Shown piece by piece: positions 58,741 through 64,000 of a stretch of 64,000 nt of DNA; the first letter of the stretch is position 1, and every line of letters starts with the position of its first letter. The notes under the pieces were generated by a model. It was not told where the DNA came from. It saw only the letters and a list, made by a program, of their open reading frames with translations, and ran no database searches. The position numbers and the translations under genes were made by a program. This stretch comes from an uncultured Gammaproteobacteria bacterium. GTDB lineage: Bacteria; Patescibacteriota; Patescibacteriia; UBA9934. The stretch covers positions 142,638 to 206,637 of the forward strand of contig CAYVLY010000001.1 in the NCBI GenBank assembly GCA_964452565.1. The letters are read 5' to 3'.

Positions 58741-59589
58741 ATGAAAAAATTCGAACTTATCGACACACACTGTCATGTTCACTTTGCAGCATACAAAGAT
58801 GACATGGAAGAAGTTATTAAACGATCGCTTAAAGAGGGAATTGCGATGATCACAGTTGGAACTCAGTCAGATACCAGCAAGAAGGCGATCGAAGTTGCCG
58901 AGAAGTACGACGGTGTTTGGGCAACAGTTGGACTACACCCACTTCATCTCCATGAACAGGAATACATGGATGAAAATGAACTTGATGTTGCGGGTTTTAA
59001 ATCAAGAACTGAAGTATTTGATCCAGAGTATTATCGTAAGCTTGTTTCTCATCCAAAGGTTGTTGCAGTTGGAGAGTTTGGATTGGACTATTACCACAAG
59101 CCACCAAACATTGACGAGGAAAAGCTAATCGAAGATCAGAAAATAGCTACAAATCTACAAATCGACTTTGCTACTGAGTTTAAAAAGCCAATCGTTGTGC
59201 ACTGTCGGGATGCGCACGATCAGCAGTTTGAGCTTTTGAAGCAGGCAGTTGATCAAAACAAACTTCCTCGTCGAGGCGTTGTTCATTGCTTCACTGGTTC
59301 GCTAGAGGACGCGCAGAAGTATATCGATATCGGCTTTATGGTCTCGTTCACTGGTATTTTGACGTTTTCCGATGAGATTCAGCGAATCGCTCGTGAACTA
59401 CCAATGGAATCGATTATGGTCGAGACTGATGCTCCATACCTATCACCGGCACCGCATCGAGGAAAGCGAAATGAACCAGCATTTGTAAAGCATATTGCGC
59501 AGGTATTAGCTGACATTAGGGGAATCAGCTACAAAAAAGTAGCTGAACAAACAACTCAAAATGCAATAGATTTCTTTAAGCTTACATAA
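58741..59589 (+). CDS. tatD: TatD-family DNase
   Basis: IDTHCH, GLHP, VGEFGLDYY, HCRDA, HCFTG, ETDAPYL. Confidence 0.95.
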   Translation: MKKFELIDTHCHVHFAAYKDDMEEVIKRSLKEGIAMITVGTQSDTSKKAIEVAEKYDGVWATVGLHPLHLHEQEYMDENELDVAGFKSRTEVFDPEYYRKLVSHPKVVAVGEFGLDYYHKPPNIDEEKLIEDQKIATNLQIDFATEFKKPIVVHCRDAHDQQFELLKQAVDQNKLPRRGVVHCFTGSLEDAQKYIDIGFMVSFTGILTFSDEIQRIARELPMESIMVETDAPYLSPAPHRGKRNEPAFVKHIAQVLADIRGISYKKVAEQTTQNAIDFFKLT

Positions 59590-59635
59590 AATTACCAACA
59601 ATAGCCCTGTTATGACAAATAATGGGGCTTTTTGG

Positions 59636-59664
59636 TTGACAAAAAATACGGCTCATTGTAAATT
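59636..59664 (+). promoter_or_regulatory. Sigma70 promoter of the tRNA array
   Basis: TTGACA-17bp-TAAATT. Confidence 0.7.
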
Positions 59665-59675
59665 GTCGCAGTTGT

Positions 59676-59751
59676 TGGGGAGTGGAGAAGTGGATCAACT
59701 CGCCGTATCCAGATTTGGTATTCGCTGGTTCGAATCCAGCCTCCCCAACCA
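59676..59751 (+). tRNA. Atypical tRNA or pseudo-tRNA on a Gln-like scaffold, anticodon undetermined
   Basis: Perfect acceptor TGGGGAG/CTCCCCA, T arm and CCA; anticodon arm only 16 nt. Confidence 0.65.
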
Positions 59752-59762
59752 AACCCTTCCCT

Positions 59763-59835
59763 AGGCCCTTAGCTCAGTTGGTAGAGCAACTGATTCTTAA
59801 TCAGCTGGTCGGCGGTTCGAGTCCGCCCGGGCCTG
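59763..59835 (+). tRNA. tRNA-Lys(CTT)
   Basis: CTGA-TTCTTAA-TCAG; no encoded CCA. Confidence 0.88.
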
Positions 59836-59853
59836 TTCACTTCTTTGTCCCTT

Positions 59854-59926
59854 GTGGGTGTAGCTCAGTTGGTAGAGCAAGAGACTGAAAATCTCTGTGT
59901 CGGGGGTTCGAGTCTCCCCATCCACG
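59854..59926 (+). tRNA. tRNA-Phe(GAA)
   Basis: AGAGA-CTGAAAA-TCTCT. Confidence 0.92.
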
Positions 59927-59937
59927 TTATTTCTTGA

Positions 59938-60014
<77 letters not shown>

Positions 60015-60024
60015 CCTCTTCAGA

Positions 60025-60097
60025 ACGCGGTTAGCTCAGTTGGTAGAGCACCTGACTACGGATCAGGAGGTTACTGGTTCGAACCCAGTACCGCGTG
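60025..60097 (+). tRNA. tRNA-Arg(ACG)
   Basis: CCTGA-CTACGGA-TCAGG. Confidence 0.92.
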
Positions 60098-60099
60098 TT

Positions 60100-60171
60100 A
60101 CCCGGTTAGCTCAGCGGTAGAGCACCTCCTTGGTAAGGAGGAGGTCGTAGGTTCAAGTCCTGCACCGGGTG
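60100..60171 (+). tRNA. tRNA-Thr(GGT)
   Basis: CCTCC-TTGGTAA-GGAGG. Confidence 0.92.
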
Positions 60172-60180
60172 CATGATCGT

Positions 60181-60253
60181 GGGTTGGTAGCTCAGTTCGT
60201 AGAGCACCTGAATGGCATTCAGGGGGTCGCGGGTTCAAGTCCCGTCCAATCCA
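60181..60253 (+). tRNA. tRNA-Ala(GGC)
   Basis: CCTGA-ATGGCAT-TCAGG; G3:U70 pair. Confidence 0.9.
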
Positions 60254-60310
60254 TGATCGTACTTCGCCGTTAGCATTCGTGCTGGCGGCTCTTCTTTTTT
60301 AATAAGATCC

Positions 60311-60339
60311 TTGACAATTACGTTACCTTGTAATATATT
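60311..60339 (+). promoter_or_regulatory. Sigma70 promoter of the candidate ncRNA
   Basis: TTGACA-17bp-TATATT. Confidence 0.7.
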
Positions 60340-60344
60340 CGAAG

Positions 60345-60483
60345 TAGCTACAGCTTCAATTGAAGCACCTGGGTTATAAACAGGGTAGCTAGTGCAGCTC
60401 TAGCATCTGAATTCTAATCAGATTTGCTAAAAGCAGCCGAATTCTAATCGGTGCACTGAAAACCGCCCAAAAGGGCGTTTTTT
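60345..60483 (+). ncRNA. Candidate structured small RNA (two multi-helix domains plus terminator)
   Basis: TAGCTAC/GTAGCTA and AGTGCA/TGCACT closing helices; two ATTCTAA loops; CGCCC-aaaa-GGGCG-T-tract. Confidence 0.7.
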
Positions 60484-60555
60484 AATTCAATCCGCCAATA
60501 TTAGCAACTCAATATCATAATAATCCGCTGTAAGTCTTTTATAAAAAATAGCCTA

Positions 60556-60584
60556 TTGACCCTTAAAAACATCTAATGTACACT
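60556..60584 (+). promoter_or_regulatory. Promoter of the V/A-ATPase operon
   Basis: TTGACC-17bp-TACACT. Confidence 0.55.
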
Positions 60585-60706
60585 ATGGGCGCTATTTTGA
60601 ACTTTTATCATGTCGTTAAACAATTCAGAGTTAAATTCATCCACAGAGCCCAGCGAAGCTGAATCTAGGAAATCGCGTAATTAGGGTTTATTTTTATTTC
60701 TAAAAT

Positions 60707-61033
60707 ATGAGCGACAAAACAAGCATAGACGAGATCAAAAAGGCTGAAAAAGCTGCTGAGCTTGAAATTGAACAAGCAAAGGCTGAGGCAGGTGAAGATG
60801 TGCGAGAAATTGATGAGCAGATGAAAGCAAGGTTTTCAGAAATCAAGGATACTTTAAACAACGAAAAGCAGGCACTGGCAGAGAAAGTACAAGCGCAAGC
60901 AAAAAAATTTAGAGATCAGTCAACAGAGGAGCTTAGGCAAAAGCTTGGCTCGATTGAGAGCGGAGCAGATGCACGAATCAATCAAGCAGCTGCGTCAGTT
61001 GTAAATAGTTTTACTGACTATGTCAGTAAGTAA
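60707..61033 (+). CDS. V/A-type ATPase peripheral stalk subunit G/H
   Basis: IDEIKKAEKAAE..IEQAK coiled coil; first gene of the operon. Confidence 0.75.
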   Translation: MSDKTSIDEIKKAEKAAELEIEQAKAEAGEDVREIDEQMKARFSEIKDTLNNEKQALAEKVQAQAKKFRDQSTEELRQKLGSIESGADARINQAAASVVNSFTDYVSK

Positions 61034-62978
61034 AATGACAAAAATCCAGCTTACTGTAGTAAAGGACGCGTATAACGCGGTCATTAATGTTTTGCATAAT
61101 CTTGGAGCTATCGAGATTGAACAAATCAAAGCACCAGAGAACAAGCTCTACAAACCAGAATCAAAGGCAGAGTACTGGAAAACAAGCGTTAAATTCGCTC
61201 TAGACCTACTTTCAGATTATGAGAAAGAGGAAAAGCAGAGCTTTTTAGAAAAGTTAGCCCCACAGAAACAAGAGGTGAGTGAAAGCGCAGTAAAGGAACT
61301 TGAGAGTAACTTTGAATATAAATCAATCGTTGGCGAGCTTGAGAATCTCGATAAACAATTCAACACCTTCAAGAACACCATTTCACAACACAAAAAGGAT
61401 CAGAAATCACTTAAAGAGTGGACAGGGTTACCAATAATAACTGAACTACAAGGACGATTTTCACATTTTTCAATTGGAACAATACCAACTACACGATTTG
61501 AGGACTTCACTCAGAAGGTAGAACAAATCAAGCTCCTTGATGTAAACAAAATCAACGAGAGCGAACGCGAGGTTCGAGTTATTATAACAGCAGCAAATGA
61601 AGCAGAAGACGAAGTAAAGGTACTTCTTGAGGAGTTTGAGTTTAAAGCAGCATCGCTTGATCTAACAGATAAGAGCATTGAGGAACAGATCAATGAGCAC
61701 GAAGAGTCAATCCAAGAAAATCAGAAAGAACTTGAAACCGTTGAAGGAAAGATTAAAAAGTACGCAGTTCATATTCCAAAGTTTAAAATCCTCTACGACT
61801 ACCTTAGTTGGAGAAGCGAGCAAGACGAAGCAGCAAAGAAAGCGCTTACAACAAAAGCGACAGTGAGCTTCTTGGGCTGGCTGCCACATCACATGCTTTC
61901 TGATGTGAGAGAGCTCATCGAAAAGGAAACCGGAGATTACATTTTAGAAGAAATACAAATCGATGAAGATGAAAAAATCCCAGTAGCACTTCGGAACAGT
62001 TCTATTGTGACACCCTTTGAATCAGTCACTGAAGTATATGGTGTGCCAATGCACAGCGAGCCAGACCCAACGTTACTTTTGGCTCCATTCTTCTTTGTCT
62101 ATTTTGCCTTCTGTCTATCAGACGTGGCATACGGCGTGATGCTTGCAGGACTTTCATTCCTAGCACTCAAGCTTATGAAGCCAAAAGGAATGAGTAGGAA
62201 GTTGATGATATTGATGATCTTCTGTGGTGGAGCAACAGTTATTGCAGGGGCGCTATTTGGTGGATGGTTTGGGATTGATGTAGCAACTATTCCAGGTCCA
62301 ATTGGTGATGCTATGCGGACGATGCAGGTTTTGAACCCGGTTCAGGACCCAATGACAGTTCTCTTGGTAGCCTTCATTCTTGGATATGTTCAGTTGATTG
62401 TTGGAAATATAGTCGACTTAGTTTGGAAAATCCGACACGATCAAGCAAAGGCTGGGATCCTTGGAAGCGGAATGTGGGCACTATTCCTAGTTGTTATCGG
62501 ATTCTGGATATCAATCAAAGCTGGAGTGCTGCCAGAAAATCTTTCAAGTGTTGGAAACTGGACAATGATCGTAATGATCATCGTTATGGTTCTGACACAA
62601 GGGCATGATCAAAAAAACGTATTTGCAAAACTCGGATTTGGAGCAGCTAGCCTTTACGGACTTGTTGGATATCTCTCAGATGTACTGAGCTACTCCCGTT
62701 TGCTGGCCCTTGGACTCTCAACAGGAATCATTGCGATGGTTGTAAACATGGTGGCAAACCTGTTTGGCAGCATGATTCCATATGTCGGATGGCTGGTCTT
62801 CATTCTGATTCTAGTAGGTGGTCATCTGTTTAACCTTACAGTTAGCGCTCTTGGAGCATTTATCCACTCCGGTCGTCTTCAGTATGTGGAATATTTCCCT
62901 AAGTTTCTAGAAGGTGGTGGACGAAAATTCAAACCACTTATAAAAACATCTAAATACATAAACTTAAAAAGTAATTAA
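61020..62978 (+). CDS. ntpI: V/A-type ATPase subunit I (a)
   Basis: PFESVTEVYG.P...EPDPT, DVLSYSRLLALGL, HSGRLQYVEYF.KF. Confidence 0.93.
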   Translation: MSVSKMTKIQLTVVKDAYNAVINVLHNLGAIEIEQIKAPENKLYKPESKAEYWKTSVKFALDLLSDYEKEEKQSFLEKLAPQKQEVSESAVKELESNFEYKSIVGELENLDKQFNTFKNTISQHKKDQKSLKEWTGLPIITELQGRFSHFSIGTIPTTRFEDFTQKVEQIKLLDVNKINESEREVRVIITAANEAEDEVKVLLEEFEFKAASLDLTDKSIEEQINEHEESIQENQKELETVEGKIKKYAVHIPKFKILYDYLSWRSEQDEAAKKALTTKATVSFLGWLPHHMLSDVRELIEKETGDYILEEIQIDEDEKIPVALRNSSIVTPFESVTEVYGVPMHSEPDPTLLLAPFFFVYFAFCLSDVAYGVMLAGLSFLALKLMKPKGMSRKLMILMIFCGGATVIAGALFGGWFGIDVATIPGPIGDAMRTMQVLNPVQDPMTVLLVAFILGYVQLIVGNIVDLVWKIRHDQAKAGILGSGMWALFLVVIGFWISIKAGVLPENLSSVGNWTMIVMIIVMVLTQGHDQKNVFAKLGFGAASLYGLVGYLSDVLSYSRLLALGLSTGIIAMVVNMVANLFGSMIPYVGWLVFILILVGGHLFNLTVSALGAFIHSGRLQYVEYFPKFLEGGGRKFKPLIKTSKYINLKSN

Positions 62979-62987
62979 AGTAATATT

Positions 62988-63458
62988 ATGTTTGCAATTG
63001 CACTTGCGGTATTTGGTGCCGCTATTGCCGTCAGTCTAGCTGGAGCAGGATCAGCCCTTGGAATGGGTGCTGCAGGTTCAGCTGCTGCTGGAGTTGTTTC
63101 AGAAGATCCAGATAAGTTTGGTAAGGCGCTTCTTCTTGAGGCTCTACCAGGTACACAGGGAATTTACGGATTCCTAGCTGGAATCATGATCTTGCAGAAG
63201 ATCGGAATCCTAGGAGGAGAACTAATAGAGATCACAGATGGAGTAGGTTGGCAGCTCTTCTTTGCTGCAATCCCAATCGCTCTAACTGGTCTTACATCAG
63301 GTTGGATGCAAGGTAAGGTATCAGCAGCAGGTGTTGGAGTTCTTGCTAAGCGACCAGGTGAAACTGGTAAAGCAATCATTCTCTCAGCTATGGTTGAGAC
63401 ATATGCCGTTCTAGGACTTCTTATCACCATTTTGATGGTTACAGGAATCCAGGTATAG
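62988..63458 (+). CDS. ntpK: V/A-type ATPase subunit K (c), 4-TM
   Basis: LPGTQGIYG, MQG, AMVETYAV. Confidence 0.93.
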   Translation: MFAIALAVFGAAIAVSLAGAGSALGMGAAGSAAAGVVSEDPDKFGKALLLEALPGTQGIYGFLAGIMILQKIGILGGELIEITDGVGWQLFFAAIPIALTGLTSGWMQGKVSAAGVGVLAKRPGETGKAIILSAMVETYAVLGLLITILMVTGIQV

Positions 63459-63494
63459 AAATTGAACTGTTAACTAAATAATCTCTAACGAGAT

Positions 63495-64000
63495 ATGGCG
63501 ATTGAAGATATTAAAAAGCATATTCAAGATAAGGCGCAGGAAGAAATCGCCCAAATTGAGGATGCTGCAAAACAGGAAGCTCAATCTCTCAAGCAAACTT
63601 GGGAAGATAAGATTAAGGCAGAAGAAAAGCGACTTATTGAAGCAATACAGCAAAATGCCAAGTCTAAACTTGCTCAAGTAAAGTTTAAGATTCGCGAAAA
63701 GATCAATGCTGAAGAACTTAAGGCAAAGCAGGCTCAGCTTGATAAAGTTTACGATGAAGCATTGAAAAAGGTTGCGGATCTGCCAGAAGATGAATACGTA
63801 AGTATTCTTGAAAAACTCCTCAAGCCGATTGTTGGTCAGGAAGGCACAGTGCATACAACAGCTAAACGTGCCGGAGCACTTCGACAAGCAGCTCAGAATG
63901 TAGGATGTAGCGTAGAAATCTCAGACAAAGATCTTGATACTGTTGGTGGCTTTATCTTCGAAGGTGTAAAAATCGACCTTGATAATCGATTTGAAACATT
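63495..64000 (+). CDS. ntpE: V/A-type ATPase subunit E (3' partial)
   Basis: MAIEDIKKHIQDKAQEE coiled coil...VGGFIF....IDLDNRFE; runs off the window end. Confidence 0.85.
   Translation, partial: MAIEDIKKHIQDKAQEEIAQIEDAAKQEAQSLKQTWEDKIKAEEKRLIEAIQQNAKSKLAQVKFKIREKINAEELKAKQAQLDKVYDEALKKVADLPEDEYVSILEKLLKPIVGQEGTVHTTAKRAGALRQAAQNVGCSVEISDKDLDTVGGFIFEGVKIDLDNRFET

Overview
AT-rich bacterial chromosome window. Gene content and style (CPR-type secreted repeat-domain proteins, Lys-rich RpoD N-terminus, stand-alone PEP-utilising mobile domain, few Shine-Dalgarno sites) suggest Patescibacteria/CPR; this is an inference. Housekeeping genes include dnaG-rpoD, lgt, truB, cfa, greA, a type IV pilus/T2SS cluster, pepA, ahpC/SOD, rsmI-metG-cvpA-tatD, a 7-gene tRNA array and the start of a Na+-type V/A-ATPase operon. 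The main accessory region is a tRNA-Asn hotspot (15.4-26.8 kb). A GIY-YIG gene sits behind duplicated tRNA 5' halves, and a large serine recombinase (LSR) element reads into the tRNA 3' end. The tRNA 3' octamer CGGAGCCA recurs three times downstream. Two of these copies carry an attP-like arm and are followed by an identical 427-bp GIY-YIG module, which gives a cassette-like tandem array of cargo genes. The LSR leader folds into a pseudoknot that contains an exact copy of the att-arm motif. Also present are two candidate structured ncRNAs with promoter-like and terminator-like signals (about 52.9 kb and 60.35 kb), and REP-like palindromes inserted in frame in lgt and truB. All analysis was by eye; no searches or folding programs were run.
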